This document shows positions 28,212-38,191 of a DNA stretch of 64,000 bases, in pieces. Numbering within the stretch: position 1 is the first letter of the stretch; each line of letters starts with the position of its first letter. Under the pieces are notes generated by a model. It was not told the DNA's origin and ran no database searches. It saw only the letters and a list, made by a program, of their open reading frames with translations. The position numbers and the translations under genes are program-made. Source of the stretch: a virus; the IMG/VR virus record IMGVR_UViG_3300029121_000001. The stretch is one strand, 5' to 3'.

Positions 28212-28721
28212 TTATTCAAGAAAATTATTATTTCTATCTCTAGTCATATAATCTTCTTTAATTCTTTCAGCCGTCATTTTAGTCATATCATTCTTAAATT
28301 CTTTATGGTTAAGACAATAATTATTATAATTGGTAATATCAAATAGTACTTGTTGGAAATGATCACGAGAATGATTCTTTCCATGACTAACTTCATCACC
28401 GAATCTTAAAATACGAGTTCTAGCTTCAACTGCTTTATTTTCATCAATAGTATAATCTATTTTATCGATCTTAGATTCTATACTATCAATTTGTTTTTGG
28501 ACCCTTTTGTTATTTTCATCTATCTTATTATTCATTCCATCAATCTTTTCTGATAAATCTTTAGTAATTGTACTCACTAGCCAATTATTAATATGGCCAA
28601 TAGGATCTATCTTTAAAGGATTAATTTTAATAAGAGTTCCGATAACAATAAGAATTCCAATTACAAGTCCAAGGTCTCCAGGCTTAGCAGTTATAGTTGT
28701 AAAGATCTCATATATAGACAT
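28212..28721 (-). CDS. Membrane-anchored coiled-coil protein, 169 aa
   Basis: AAAGGAG SD. N-terminal TM segment GDLGLVIGILIVIGTLI, then a heptad-like region. Confidence 0.65.
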   Translation of the reverse strand: MSIYEIFTTITAKPGDLGLVIGILIVIGTLIKINPLKIDPIGHINNWLVSTITKDLSEKIDGMNNKIDENNKRVQKQIDSIESKIDKIDYTIDENKAVEARTRILRFGDEVSHGKNHSRDHFQQVLFDITNYNNYCLNHKEFKNDMTKMTAERIKEDYMTRDRNNNFLE

Positions 28722-28784
28722 CTGGAAAAATCTCCTTTTATAATAAATATATTTGGTGCTTAACCAGAGCTATTAATGAGAACG

Positions 28785-30278
28785 CTATTTGTTAACAATA
28801 AATCTTGCTTTGTTCCCTCGTTTCAGATTTGTAGTAGTTTGAGGTTTACTATCTTCTATGATATGTCCATCATAGTAACATTTTTTCATGGACTCTTCAG
28901 TATCATGATCAGAAGTCCGTTCACTTTCTACAATTCTATTGCTCTGTGCTTTTGTCTTTTCGATAATCTTCTCATTTACATAACCACGGTCAATATAAAT
29001 TGCAATATAGAAATAGGTGTTAGGCGTATTAGAAGGAAGAATAATTTTTCTTTTTTTCCAATCCATTTGAATTGGTAACCGTCCAGTACCATCTATTGCT
29101 AAATCATTGGTATATATAGCGACTTCTATAAATACATCGGGATTTATGAATTGATTAATAGCATCTTGAATAAGATCATCCAAAGATGTACCAACCTTAA
29201 TATCTACCGGAGCTTTGAAAAGTTCTGTAATGTCTATGGATTCTATGCATTCTCCATCATCATTATCAGATGTATAATTACTATGACCATAGATAGGCCA
29301 ATGCTTATAATTTTCTTCAGGAATATCAAATACCTTCATAGAAACAACTTTAATAGCATCGTCTTTCTCAAGCTTAATAAATTCCTGAGTGTGCATTTCA
29401 TCATACAATGCAAATGTACGTACTGCAGGGAATCTAACTGCTATTTGAAATTCGATCATAAAGTTATTCTGAATCATTCCTACCTGATTTCCATCATCAA
29501 CATCAAGTTGATCTTGAAAATCAAGATGCACAGGAAGATTCCTCATTCTAAGAAAGTATTCATATTTCTGATTAATTTCTCTAAGCTTATATAGTATAGG
29601 CATCTGAGAATATTGATTAAGAAATCTTGTAAAATTCCATGGATCACTTACTTCTGTATTTGCAGCATCAACCATAAAACCAGAAGCTTTAGCCATCTCA
29701 ATAATCATGTCATTATCGAGATGAAAATCGCAATCTATATCTACTGTTTCTGTGCATCCTAAACGAAATACTTTACGAATTCTATTAAATAAATCTAACT
29801 GCTGAGCCTTTGTACTTACTCTAAATCTGAAGTTATAATTAATCATCATAGCTTCAAGATCCATACCAAGGTATACGCCTTTATGTGGACATTTAAAGAA
29901 GCTTCTCTGCCACTGAGACTTCTTTAAATACTTATTGGTACTAAGCAGATTCATATCGATATTATTGTCATTATAATCATATTGCACAGTGTAAGAAATT
30001 GCAACTGCAGGGTTATCCCTAATAGGGAAATTACCCTTCTGCAGTCTTCTGAAATCCTCAAATGGATGCTTACCTGAAACATGAATCGTAGTGAAATAAT
30101 TCTTAGGAAATCTACTCAAGACGTAATTGTAAATAAACTCAGTAGCTATAGATAAGGAGTGCACATAAGACGGTATAAAAAGATCACACTTTAGTGATGG
30201 ACGAAATCTATCTACATTAACTATATTTAGCATTTCTTCATCACTGATTTCCTGCTTAGAATCTATACTACTCGGCAT
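28785..30278 (-). CDS. Hypothetical protein, 497 aa
   Basis: ORF with an AAAGGAG SD. Confidence 0.75.
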   Translation of the reverse strand: MPSSIDSKQEISDEEMLNIVNVDRFRPSLKCDLFIPSYVHSLSIATEFIYNYVLSRFPKNYFTTIHVSGKHPFEDFRRLQKGNFPIRDNPAVAISYTVQYDYNDNNIDMNLLSTNKYLKKSQWQRSFFKCPHKGVYLGMDLEAMMINYNFRFRVSTKAQQLDLFNRIRKVFRLGCTETVDIDCDFHLDNDMIIEMAKASGFMVDAANTEVSDPWNFTRFLNQYSQMPILYKLREINQKYEYFLRMRNLPVHLDFQDQLDVDDGNQVGMIQNNFMIEFQIAVRFPAVRTFALYDEMHTQEFIKLEKDDAIKVVSMKVFDIPEENYKHWPIYGHSNYTSDNDDGECIESIDITELFKAPVDIKVGTSLDDLIQDAINQFINPDVFIEVAIYTNDLAIDGTGRLPIQMDWKKRKIILPSNTPNTYFYIAIYIDRGYVNEKIIEKTKAQSNRIVESERTSDHDTEESMKKCYYDGHIIEDSKPQTTTNLKRGNKARFIVNK

Positions 30279-30311
30279 TATTCTACTCCTTTCTCTATAG
30301 AGATTATTATA

Positions 30312-30488
30312 TTAAAGTTCTGGATCACCAACAACGCACTCAGGACATTTTCTTTTATCAAGGCAATACTTGCAATCATATTTAAACTCACATGATTCTA
30401 TACACTTAGAATATGTAATCATGCAAAACATTTCTCCATCTTCTGATATAGATGAATAAATACAATTAAACTTAGATTTGTGTTCCAT
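30312..30488 (-). CDS. Cys-rich small protein, 58 aa (not in the ORF track)
   Basis: The ATG at 30488 follows AGGAGG by 8 nt. MEHKSKFNCIYSSISEDGEMFCMITYSKCIESCEFKYDCKYCLDKRKCPECVVGDPEL has 8 Cys, including CxxC-type pairs. Confidence 0.6.
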   Translation of the reverse strand: MEHKSKFNCIYSSISEDGEMFCMITYSKCIESCEFKYDCKYCLDKRKCPECVVGDPEL

Positions 30489-30560
30489 AATAAAACCTCC
30501 TGTTTATTAAAGTTTTAATATGGTGTTTTAAAATATGTATTTAATCAAAAAAAAAATAAA

Positions 30561-30589
30561 GAGGAGTGGGCAAATGGAACCCACTCCTC
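30561..30589 (-). terminator. Hairpin terminator
   Basis: gaggagtggg-caaatggaa-cccactcctc followed by TTTATTTTTTTTTT in the minus sense. Confidence 0.8.
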
Positions 30590-30598
30590 AATATCGGA

Positions 30599-30979
30599 TT
30601 ACTTCTTATCGATATTGGTATCGGTATCAGTAGTCTTGCCCGTTTCGCCCAATGCCAATGCTGAGTCAGTCATAAACCCAACATGATACGATGCCATCTG
30701 AAGTCTCATGATATTATCGAGCATATTGATACACACATCGATGATTGCGATCTGTGTATCAAGATCGCAATGCTTTTCGGTGATCTCCTGAATGCCATCG
30801 ATATTTTTGCAGATGGCATTGACAAGCTTATCACGATCAACACGGGCATTGATATATGCAAGATACTTCTTCCCTTCACGAGAACTGAGAAGCATCTCAG
30901 CAGCAACGTCTTCAATGCTCATGTTAACATTCTTATCACCATCCTGATGAATAAATCCGCGTCCTTTGTTCATGTCCAT
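30599..30979 (-). CDS. Hypothetical protein, 126 aa
   Basis: The track start is a TTG inside the SD. The ATG at 30979 follows GGAGG by 8 nt. Raised GC. Confidence 0.7.
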   Translation of the reverse strand: MDMNKGRGFIHQDGDKNVNMSIEDVAAEMLLSSREGKKYLAYINARVDRDKLVNAICKNIDGIQEITEKHCDLDTQIAIIDVCINMLDNIMRLQMASYHVGFMTDSALALGETGKTTDTDTNIDKK

Positions 30980-31031
30980 AGTTTTAACCTCCAAAAATTA
31001 TTTCTAACAAAGGATCCATTTCCCTTTGTTT

Positions 31032-31047
31032 CATCTTTATAATATCT
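31032..31047 (-). promoter_or_regulatory. Promoter-like box AGATATTATAAagATG
   Basis: Exact consensus, 53-58 nt upstream of the 30979 start, followed by a caaagg(g)a/tcctttg hairpin. Confidence 0.5.
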
Positions 31048-31064
31048 ATTTAAGATAATATAAA

Positions 31065-32144
31065 TTACAATTTATCGAGATCTATCGGAGTATTGTAATA
31101 ATATCTCGAGATGATATTTTTTAATCCTTGTACATCTTCAAGATCAAACAACTGATAATCTACCAATTCAGGTTTCTCGATAGGAAGAATATACATAGAT
31201 TGAAACTGAGTAGAGATAGCCTTGTATCTCATATCAAATTCTATAGGATTGTATCCTGATACATCCATAACTGCAAGTGCAGTATTTACAGATGCTTGAT
31301 TATAGAATTTAGTAGGATCAAGAAATCCATTTTGAATAGCCATAGATAGAATCTTCATAGCTTTAGGAATAGTAAATATAGCACTAATTCCTCTCTCAGT
31401 CACATTAGTCATTGTAAGAATATTTGATATAAAATTATTAGGAATATTATCTATTGGTGTAGATTTAAGTTTTCTATAAAATCCATAGAAATGAATCCAT
31501 AGATTACTATTATCTACAATAATAGAGCAATCTCCATCTTTATTCTTTATAGGCCTTAAAATTCTTACATTATACTCAGGAACCAATTGAAGCATTAAGA
31601 TATCTTTACTAATAACTATATTTTCAAAGCCATTAGCTATAGCATTTGATTTCTTAATAATGTGAGCTATCATAGATGATACTTCACATTGTCCAATATT
31701 AAAGAAATATATTTTAGGAAGATATTGTGTTATAACATTCAAGATTGCAAGATTATCATCTATAAGATTAGTAATTGGCTCTTTCTTCATATAGGATCTC
31801 ACAAATTTGCTGTTATATCCAGATACATAAGTCGAATTGGATTTAGGACAATTCAATCCATAAATAAGATATATTGTTGTACTTACACCAAGTCTTCTAA
31901 AGAATTGTCTATAATGTCCACACATATTCAATATAATAGCAGACATTTCATATCTACTTACAGATTTATATCCCCAAGCATCGATACTGTATAGACCTTT
32001 GACAAGAGAATTGATATCGATAAATAGATTAATTTTATTACAATTAGATCCAGTATAAGACTGACTAATCAGCTCAGCCATTTTCTCATACTTGATAAAA
32101 TGTCCAGTCATTAATTGTTCTAGTGTATATTTATCATCTATCAT
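31065..32144 (-). CDS. 5'-3' exonuclease / flap endonuclease (T4 RNase H, PIN-like) family protein
   Basis: INLFIDINSL resembles the N-terminal acidic motif. CEVSSMIAHIIKK resembles G.EADD.IA. IVISKDILMLQLV resembles SGDKDLLQLV. Some catalytic acids appear substituted. Confidence 0.55.
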   Translation of the reverse strand: MIDDKYTLEQLMTGHFIKYEKMAELISQSYTGSNCNKINLFIDINSLVKGLYSIDAWGYKSVSRYEMSAIILNMCGHYRQFFRRLGVSTTIYLIYGLNCPKSNSTYVSGYNSKFVRSYMKKEPITNLIDDNLAILNVITQYLPKIYFFNIGQCEVSSMIAHIIKKSNAIANGFENIVISKDILMLQLVPEYNVRILRPIKNKDGDCSIIVDNSNLWIHFYGFYRKLKSTPIDNIPNNFISNILTMTNVTERGISAIFTIPKAMKILSMAIQNGFLDPTKFYNQASVNTALAVMDVSGYNPIEFDMRYKAISTQFQSMYILPIEKPELVDYQLFDLEDVQGLKNIISRYYYNTPIDLDKL

Positions 32145-32491
32145 TCATTTCCAACTCCTTTATTATTAAATCTACCTGTATGTCTATGCTCAACTTTAGA
32201 TGGTAGTTCGAGATTAAATCTATTTCTAACTGATCTAATCTCTTCAATTATATTAAAGTCAAGATCAAGAGCTTCATAAATAAGAATTAGATTATCAATA
32301 GAAATCTGATATTTAGATTCCATCTTACTAACCATAGAATGTGTAACACCAATTCTTCTTGCGAGTTCATCTTGAGAAATATCTTTCTCTAATCTAGTAG
32401 CTTTAATCTTATCAATAAGATTTCTTTTTACTTGTTCAACTAACATTGATTGGGCAATATTTTCATAAACTTTACTACAAGGACCATTCAT
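32141..32491 (-). CDS. XRE/Cro-type helix-turn-helix DNA-binding protein
   Basis: RLEKDISQDELARRIGVTHSMVSKMESK matches the HTH_3 pattern. The ATG at 32491 follows GGAGG by 8 nt. Its stop overlaps the start of the FEN gene. Confidence 0.75.
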   Translation of the reverse strand: MNGPCSKVYENIAQSMLVEQVKRNLIDKIKATRLEKDISQDELARRIGVTHSMVSKMESKYQISIDNLILIYEALDLDFNIIEEIRSVRNRFNLELPSKVEHRHTGRFNNKGVGNE

Positions 32492-32516
32492 TTTACAATC
32501 CTCCAATAATTAAAAA

Positions 32517-32543
32517 GGAGTAGAGAATTAAATTCTCTACTCC
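32517..32543 (-). terminator. Hairpin terminator (TAGAGA-core family)
   Basis: ggagtagagaatt-a-aattctctactcc. Confidence 0.7.
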
Positions 32544-32552
32544 GATTGTTAT

Positions 32553-32948
32553 TTAATCAATAATAGTACGTAAATCAAAGGTTTCATCAATATCGTCAGG
32601 AACCTTATCACCATAACAAGCTCTTACTGCTTCAGGGAAATCAGAACGATTCTTAATAGCACCAAGAATCTTCTCAGTCTTACCAAAGCCTTCTTCAACA
32701 AGAGCATGGGTCAGCTCATGAGGACCATCTTCTGTAAGAAAACTACAGCCTTTAAGCATTCTTTCATTACCATCTGCGTCTGTAGTATATTTACGAATAT
32801 CAAGCTTAATCTTACTAGGATCTACTTCTTCATCTGCTCCAACCCAAGCAATCTGTGCAAGACGAATAAATTGATTATTCTTTTCATCTACTACACGATT
32901 AACACCACGAAAAGAATATTTAAATTCAGAATTCTTACTGAATGCCAT
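32553..32948 (-). CDS. PC4/YdbC-like ssDNA-binding protein
   Basis: IRLAQIAWVG......KLDIRKY......ERMLKGCSFLTEDG..ELTHAL parallels the YdbC pattern LNLISWNG..PKYDIRDW....KMGKGITLT.EE...L. Confidence 0.5.
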   Translation of the reverse strand: MAFSKNSEFKYSFRGVNRVVDEKNNQFIRLAQIAWVGADEEVDPSKIKLDIRKYTTDADGNERMLKGCSFLTEDGPHELTHALVEEGFGKTEKILGAIKNRSDFPEAVRACYGDKVPDDIDETFDLRTIID

Positions 32949-32984
32949 ATTAATTACTCCTTAATTTTATTTAAAAAATAAAAA

Positions 32985-33013
32985 GGTCTGGGAGACCTTA
33001 GGCTTCCCAGACC
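32985..33013 (-). terminator. Hairpin terminator
   Basis: ggtctgggag-accttagg-cttcccagacc with an A-run and a T-run. Confidence 0.7.
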
Positions 33014-33037
33014 CTTCATGATTTTTAGTTTACTAGA

Positions 33038-33889
33038 TTAGTAGCAAACAATTGCACCCTGATAATTAGTGGTATAATTGCTGTCAGGCTTGACCTTGCT
33101 CATAGCCTCACAATCAAGCTCTCTGATATCAAGGATCCAATCATTGTTAGCCATAGCCTGATAATAAATATTGGACATCATGCCCATATTCATCTGCTGA
33201 GGAACAGTGCACACTTCCTGAAGAGGTGCAATGCTATATCCAAAGTTGATATCATCCTTATGGCCACGAGCAGCTGCAATGACCTTCAGGATATCCATGC
33301 ACTTGACCGAAACCTGAGTCTGCTCAGTATTGGTCTTTACATCGTAAGAATCCTGAGCAGTAATGATATTATTCCATTCAACTCTCAGATTGTTGTTGGG
33401 AAGCAGGAAATCACTCAGAATATCCTTTGCATCCTGAGTAATACCAACTGCATACTTGCTACCACCTCTGCTCATTGCGGCATTGACATTCTTCCAGATG
33501 TTGATCTTGTTATACAGCTCTTCAACAGATCTGGTCTTCTGATGCAGATTTGCACCCAGGATAGTGAATGCAACAAACTTACCATCATCAGGAAGCTTAT
33601 TGATCTCGTCCTGGCTCATGAGCTTAAACACAAGCTCAACAGTGACATATCTGATTCCGGTATTGGGATTAGGAGTAATCTTGACAACAGTGCCCTGATA
33701 ATCTGCAAACGTCTGCTTAAACATATGAGTGATATTACGGCAGAGTTCAGTAGATTTGATGAAGAGTTCAGACATACCAGGCTGAGTAATGATAGTAGGA
33801 GTAGTGGGATGCATGCTCAGTTTGCCTTCGATACGTGCGCCAGTGTTAGTGAACTTTTTGGTGTTGTTGTTAGTGCTGCGGATTTCCAT
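33038..33889 (-). CDS. Abundant-looking orphan protein, 283 aa
   Basis: The ATG at 33889 follows GGAGG by 8 nt. Raised GC and strong codon bias (a 229-aa antisense frame is left open). Own promoter box and terminator. Confidence 0.8.
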   Translation of the reverse strand: MEIRSTNNNTKKFTNTGARIEGKLSMHPTTPTIITQPGMSELFIKSTELCRNITHMFKQTFADYQGTVVKITPNPNTGIRYVTVELVFKLMSQDEINKLPDDGKFVAFTILGANLHQKTRSVEELYNKINIWKNVNAAMSRGGSKYAVGITQDAKDILSDFLLPNNNLRVEWNNIITAQDSYDVKTNTEQTQVSVKCMDILKVIAAARGHKDDINFGYSIAPLQEVCTVPQQMNMGMMSNIYYQAMANNDWILDIRELDCEAMSKVKPDSNYTTNYQGAIVCY

Positions 33890-33974
33890 GGTAGGTACCT
33901 CCAAATTAAAAAATTGTTTTACACCGTGTACTTTGGTGTTTACGTATAATAAAAGATATTTTCATATCTTCTAT

Positions 33975-33990
33975 CACTATTATAATATCT
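33975..33990 (-). promoter_or_regulatory. Promoter-like box AGATATTATAAtaGTG
   Basis: 86-91 nt upstream of the 33889 start, followed by an aagatat-gaaa-atatctt hairpin. Confidence 0.5.
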
Positions 33991-34020
33991 TGCCATTTTA
34001 AATATTAGACTATCAATATT

Positions 34021-35067
34021 TTACTTATTATGATTATCATAATTTTCCATGGCAGCTTTCAATCTTGTCTGTATTCTATTAGTTTGCTCCTCAGTCATTT
34101 TATAAAATTCAAGAGGACTAAATTCCTGTTCAGATTCAATAAAAGGAACAATCCAAAGAATCTCATCAGAATCCATAATAATCATATACTTCATCTTGAT
34201 AGAGTTTAAATCAATATCGTATCCAAACTTAATAGGAACAGCTTTTACGATATTAATTCCACCACACATCATAGACAGAAATACCTTATTCTCATCAGAA
34301 ATGGGCTTATTAAACTCAAGTTTAAAATCAGTTTTAATAATTCCAATCTTAGAATAAATATCAGTCATCAATCCACAATGGCCAATAAACTTAAAGAGAC
34401 TATTACAATATCCATTATAGCAATCATCTTTAATCGCATTCAGGAAATTCAGAGTAGTATCTTTAGCATATCGAATTGCGGTTTCATAAAGATCATTAAG
34501 AATGTCTTGTGTAGTAGTATTATCGAGTAAAACAGCAAGTGTGCTAGGTGTATCAAATTTGTAAACGTTAGCCATACGAGAATCAATGATTTTAGAAGCT
34601 GCACTAAGATCACTAAAACTATATCCTTCAGGACAAGCATCATCGGTAATGGAAAATCCTACGTCGTCTTCATTAGGATCAAGAAAAGTTTTAAAGATAT
34701 TCATTAGAGATTGACGTGCAAGAATGCAAGGACTATCTGCATCGATCATATGAATATCTTTATTCTCCATAAAGAAAAGCATAATGATATCTTTAATTTC
34801 TCTACCATTTTCTAATTCAGTAACTACTACGTTACTAAGAGACAGAATACCATCAGGAGCTAGAGGAGTATAACCCTTAATCATTTCCTTAAATTTATCT
34901 TTAGGAAGAGTTTTATATCCTTTCACCTTATAATCATGATCAAGTTCTGCATAATTCCAACTTTTACCATTATCAGATTCTTTGATAATACGAACCATAT
35001 CAAAACCATCATCAATACTATTATATTTGCAAAACAGTTTACCGATATTTGTTTTCAATTCTGTCAT
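34021..35067 (-). CDS. Hypothetical protein, 348 aa
   Basis: ORF with an AAAGGAG SD. Confidence 0.75.
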   Translation of the reverse strand: MTELKTNIGKLFCKYNSIDDGFDMVRIIKESDNGKSWNYAELDHDYKVKGYKTLPKDKFKEMIKGYTPLAPDGILSLSNVVVTELENGREIKDIIMLFFMENKDIHMIDADSPCILARQSLMNIFKTFLDPNEDDVGFSITDDACPEGYSFSDLSAASKIIDSRMANVYKFDTPSTLAVLLDNTTTQDILNDLYETAIRYAKDTTLNFLNAIKDDCYNGYCNSLFKFIGHCGLMTDIYSKIGIIKTDFKLEFNKPISDENKVFLSMMCGGINIVKAVPIKFGYDIDLNSIKMKYMIIMDSDEILWIVPFIESEQEFSPLEFYKMTEEQTNRIQTRLKAAMENYDNHNK

Positions 35068-35127
35068 GATGATTACTCCTTTTCAAACATCTGTTATTGT
35101 ACAGTTTTTATTGTAATAAACAATAAA

Positions 35128-35157
35128 AGACCAATAGGACGAAACTCCTATTGGTCT
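35128..35157 (-). terminator. Hairpin terminator
   Basis: agaccaatagga-cgaaac-tcctattggtct followed by TTTTATT in the minus sense. Confidence 0.75.
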
Positions 35158-35190
35158 CATTATTATATTATCTCAGCAATTGGAAATTTA

Positions 35191-35514
35191 TCATCGACAT
35201 TCTTGAACATACAAATTAGCACAATTACCCGTAGATTGAGCATCTATTCTAAATACTTTGCCATATATATTCTTTCGATTATGAATATCATAATTAATAT
35301 AATTAACCATGTTAGCCAAATCGGAAGGATTAGATGTCATGATTTGCATTTGAAGCGTATAATGGTTTGAGTCAGTGATACCACACACTCCAGTTACATT
35401 ATATTGCTTTACAATATCATATATTGCCATTGAATGGTCAAAGAATCGTAGAATATCATCAATAGGATAAGTAGATGCTTTATATGTCTGTCCAATGAAT
35501 TCTGGCATATTCAT
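35191..35514 (-). CDS. Hypothetical protein, 107 aa
   Basis: ORF with an AAAGGAG SD. Confidence 0.7.
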   Translation of the reverse strand: MNMPEFIGQTYKASTYPIDDILRFFDHSMAIYDIVKQYNVTGVCGITDSNHYTLQMQIMTSNPSDLANMVNYINYDIHNRKNIYGKVFRIDAQSTGNCANLYVQECR

Positions 35515-35529
35515 TAGAGTTTGACTCCT

Positions 35530-35685
35530 TTAGGTAAGATTATCTTCTATCATTCTACCTACTTGTCTAGCTCCTTGTTCCTCTTTTGATAATTTACTTT
35601 CTTCTTCTTTTTCTCTCCAATACATATAATACAATGTATTTATATCAGATAATAGAAGATGATCGAATTCTAACATAGAGGTCAT
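35530..35685 (-). CDS. Possible small protein, 51 aa (not in the ORF track)
   Basis: ATG ORF MTSMLEFDHLLLSDINTLYYMYWREKEEESKLSKEEQGARQVGRMIEDNLT exactly fills the gap between two genes. No clear SD. Confidence 0.35.
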   Translation of the reverse strand: MTSMLEFDHLLLSDINTLYYMYWREKEEESKLSKEEQGARQVGRMIEDNLT

Positions 35686-35708
35686 GTTTTTAAAATACTT
35701 AACCAGAG

Positions 35709-37658
35709 TTACTTTTCTGTATATGTAGTCGCGATACGAACCAATTGCTGCCGTGTAAAAAGCATACCACGAGGATTGACAGTGCTCTCAGCTACCTTAT
35801 TACCACACTTCGGACAATTAGTTTCAGGCATCACATACTCAATATCAGCATTAGACTTAATAACAGCAGCATTGATTAGAGAAGCAACAATGCTAAATTC
35901 AACAGTATTAAATTCCTTAAGGATCTTAGAATATGCAGCAATCTTAGACTTGAAAGTCTTAGCATGATCGCCAGGATACTTTTTCCATCCAACAGGATAT
36001 AGATTACCATCATCACCGATCATATAAATACGATCAATGAATCTAATGACACTAATAATGGATTCATACTTTCTGATGAATGCATCATCAAGAGCACCAT
36101 ATTCATACATGATAGTGAACAAAGAAGGCATCTTGATACCAACAGCAAATCTATCATTGATGACAGTAACTACAGATTCATATGCTCCAGAGTTGTCAGG
36201 TGTTAGTTCCATATTCTTGATAGAATCAAACTTCTTCTTGGTATCATCGCTTCCGAATTTAACCATCTTATCAATGGGAAGATCATCGGATAGCCAAGCA
36301 TATTGGCAATGATCATTGTCACATGTGTAAGGTACATAGTTAGCACCTTCTAGAGATGCTACATATAGTGCCATAAAAATGCTATCTAGATCGCCAAAAG
36401 GAATGGTCTTAGCCCATGCTTCCAGAGTAGCAGGACGATACGGATTGACATCATGCTCAAAAATAATACGAGCCTGAGTAGTTGTCAGAACAGTATTAGA
36501 ATTATTATCCTGCTCTGCTAGCAATGCAACTTCAGCACCCTTTAGAGAAGATGCAATATAAGGACGATTTGCAAACATCAAAGGCCAAGTAGCAGTCTTA
36601 ACTGCAACGGGCTTAGTATTTTTCAAAACGTCCTTAATATTAATGACCTTATTAGAAACAACAAGCTGAGATGCATTTACTTTACGACCAGTGTTAACAA
36701 TCTTCTTCATGATATCATTACGAAGATTTGCCATTGCAACATCAACAAGTTTTTCAGATTCCTCATCATCAATAGGATCAGTTCTAGAACTTTCATCCTC
36801 ATCATCAGACTCTTCTTCAAAATCATTGTCATCAATATCTTCTAGATCATCAGATGTCACATGAGAAATATTGTTATCCATACTAGTCAAGGTATCATGC
36901 TTATCATCTTCAGCAGCAAGAATCTCTGCATCCTCGGACTCAACAGCACTATCTTCCTCAACGTCATCTGTGACGGTCTCATCCTCCGCATTCTCTTCTT
37001 CAGGAGCAGCTTCTTCCTCTACAATATGAGCAAAAGGATGAGGATTATTATCTTCTTCGATATCTTGATTATGAATCACAACATGAGTAGGCTCTTCAAC
37101 TTCTTCATCCTCATCATAATCAGAATCTTCAAAGTCATCATTTAGATCTTCGGACACAATACCATTATCTGTATTGATTGGTGCCTTAATCTTGTCATCT
37201 TCACTCATAGGTGTATATAGAGGATTCGGCATATACTGAATCTCATCACCAACATTCTCTAGACCATTCTCAATGCTTTCACGGTTAGCAGCATCTTCTT
37301 CTTCCATCTTAGCAACAGCTTCATGGAATTCCTGCTTACGACGAGTAACAGCAGCTGCTAGTTCGTTGACATACTTCTCTTGAATAGGCTTAGGTTCAGG
37401 CTTACTAACAGGCTCAATATAATCATTAGGATTAATTTCTTGAATCTGATCTGCAGATTCAACAGTACGATGAACACGCTTACGATTAGGATTAATCTTA
37501 ATTGTCTGACGGTTAGGATTCTGATTTTCATCAGCAATACCAGTAACAGTACCACCTGCTGCATTGATATTAATAGGTTGAGTATTCTGGGCAGGAGTTA
37601 CGCCAGGCTGTGTAATAACAACCTTAGGTCCAGTTCTATTTAGATCATTCACATTCAT
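35709..37658 (-). CDS. Hypothetical protein, 649 aa, acidic central region and C-terminal Cys4 zinc-ribbon-like pairs
   Basis: AAGGAG SD. Cys pairs YTCDNDHC and NCPKCGNK. Long D/E-rich linker. Confidence 0.75.
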   Translation of the reverse strand: MNVNDLNRTGPKVVITQPGVTPAQNTQPININAAGGTVTGIADENQNPNRQTIKINPNRKRVHRTVESADQIQEINPNDYIEPVSKPEPKPIQEKYVNELAAAVTRRKQEFHEAVAKMEEEDAANRESIENGLENVGDEIQYMPNPLYTPMSEDDKIKAPINTDNGIVSEDLNDDFEDSDYDEDEEVEEPTHVVIHNQDIEEDNNPHPFAHIVEEEAAPEEENAEDETVTDDVEEDSAVESEDAEILAAEDDKHDTLTSMDNNISHVTSDDLEDIDDNDFEEESDDEDESSRTDPIDDEESEKLVDVAMANLRNDIMKKIVNTGRKVNASQLVVSNKVINIKDVLKNTKPVAVKTATWPLMFANRPYIASSLKGAEVALLAEQDNNSNTVLTTTQARIIFEHDVNPYRPATLEAWAKTIPFGDLDSIFMALYVASLEGANYVPYTCDNDHCQYAWLSDDLPIDKMVKFGSDDTKKKFDSIKNMELTPDNSGAYESVVTVINDRFAVGIKMPSLFTIMYEYGALDDAFIRKYESIISVIRFIDRIYMIGDDGNLYPVGWKKYPGDHAKTFKSKIAAYSKILKEFNTVEFSIVASLINAAVIKSNADIEYVMPETNCPKCGNKVAESTVNPRGMLFTRQQLVRIATTYTEK

Positions 37659-37685
37659 TTGATTATCTCCTTACTAAAAATATAA

Positions 37686-38060
37686 TTAAGATACTAGATC
37701 ATTTAGTTCTATAGGAGTAGAACTATTTTCTGTATCATATATGAACTTAGTACCATCAGCAATAATTATGATATTGAGATATTTAGTATTTTCTTTCAAA
37801 TTTAAAATTACATCACATGCAAGAAATTCTCCAGACATATATGTTTCAATTTGTTTTTGAATTCTAGTACGAAGCATCTCAAGATCATCTTCAGAAATAA
37901 ATCTGTACTTAGGTCCTAGTCCTACACCCATTCCAGGATGCAAAGGATTAGATCCAGGCTGTAATATTAATAGTCTAAAGAGTAGTGTTCCATAAGCATC
38001 TGCTCCTTTAATTGATTTAGGTTCAAGATACTCACTCGTAGTCAATAAATGTTCTACCAT
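37686..38060 (-). CDS. Baseplate wedge gp25/GPW-like protein
   Basis: LLILQPGSNPLHPGMGVGL...LRTRIQKQIETYM parallels the GPW_gp25 pattern iLlT.pGER...PdFG.gL...l...i..al..wEP. Size of 124 aa is typical. Confidence 0.5.
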   Translation of the reverse strand: MVEHLLTTSEYLEPKSIKGADAYGTLLFRLLILQPGSNPLHPGMGVGLGPKYRFISEDDLEMLRTRIQKQIETYMSGEFLACDVILNLKENTKYLNIIIIADGTKFIYDTENSSTPIELNDLVS

Positions 38061-38101
38061 ATGATTACCACCTACCTAATTATATAATTGTATTCCATAT
38101 A

Positions 38102-38117
38102 AAATATTATAACAATT
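38102..38117 (+). promoter_or_regulatory. Promoter-like box variant AAATATTATAAcaATT
   Basis: About 75-80 nt upstream of the 38192 start. Confidence 0.3.
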
Positions 38118-38191
38118 AATATTAAGTCAATGAAAATAGGATGGCTAAACATCCAAATAATTTACTGAGTATATTTTAAGGAGGAATAGTA

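Noticed and set aside
33260-33949. 229-aa plus-strand ORF antisense to 33038-33889. The same applies to other listed shadow ORFs, e.g. 767-1186, 38216-38761, 60933-61400, 61986-62474 and 15014-15490.
   Set aside because: These are shadow frames of well-supported genes. They lack an SD and have low-complexity Ile/Leu/Phe/Arg composition.
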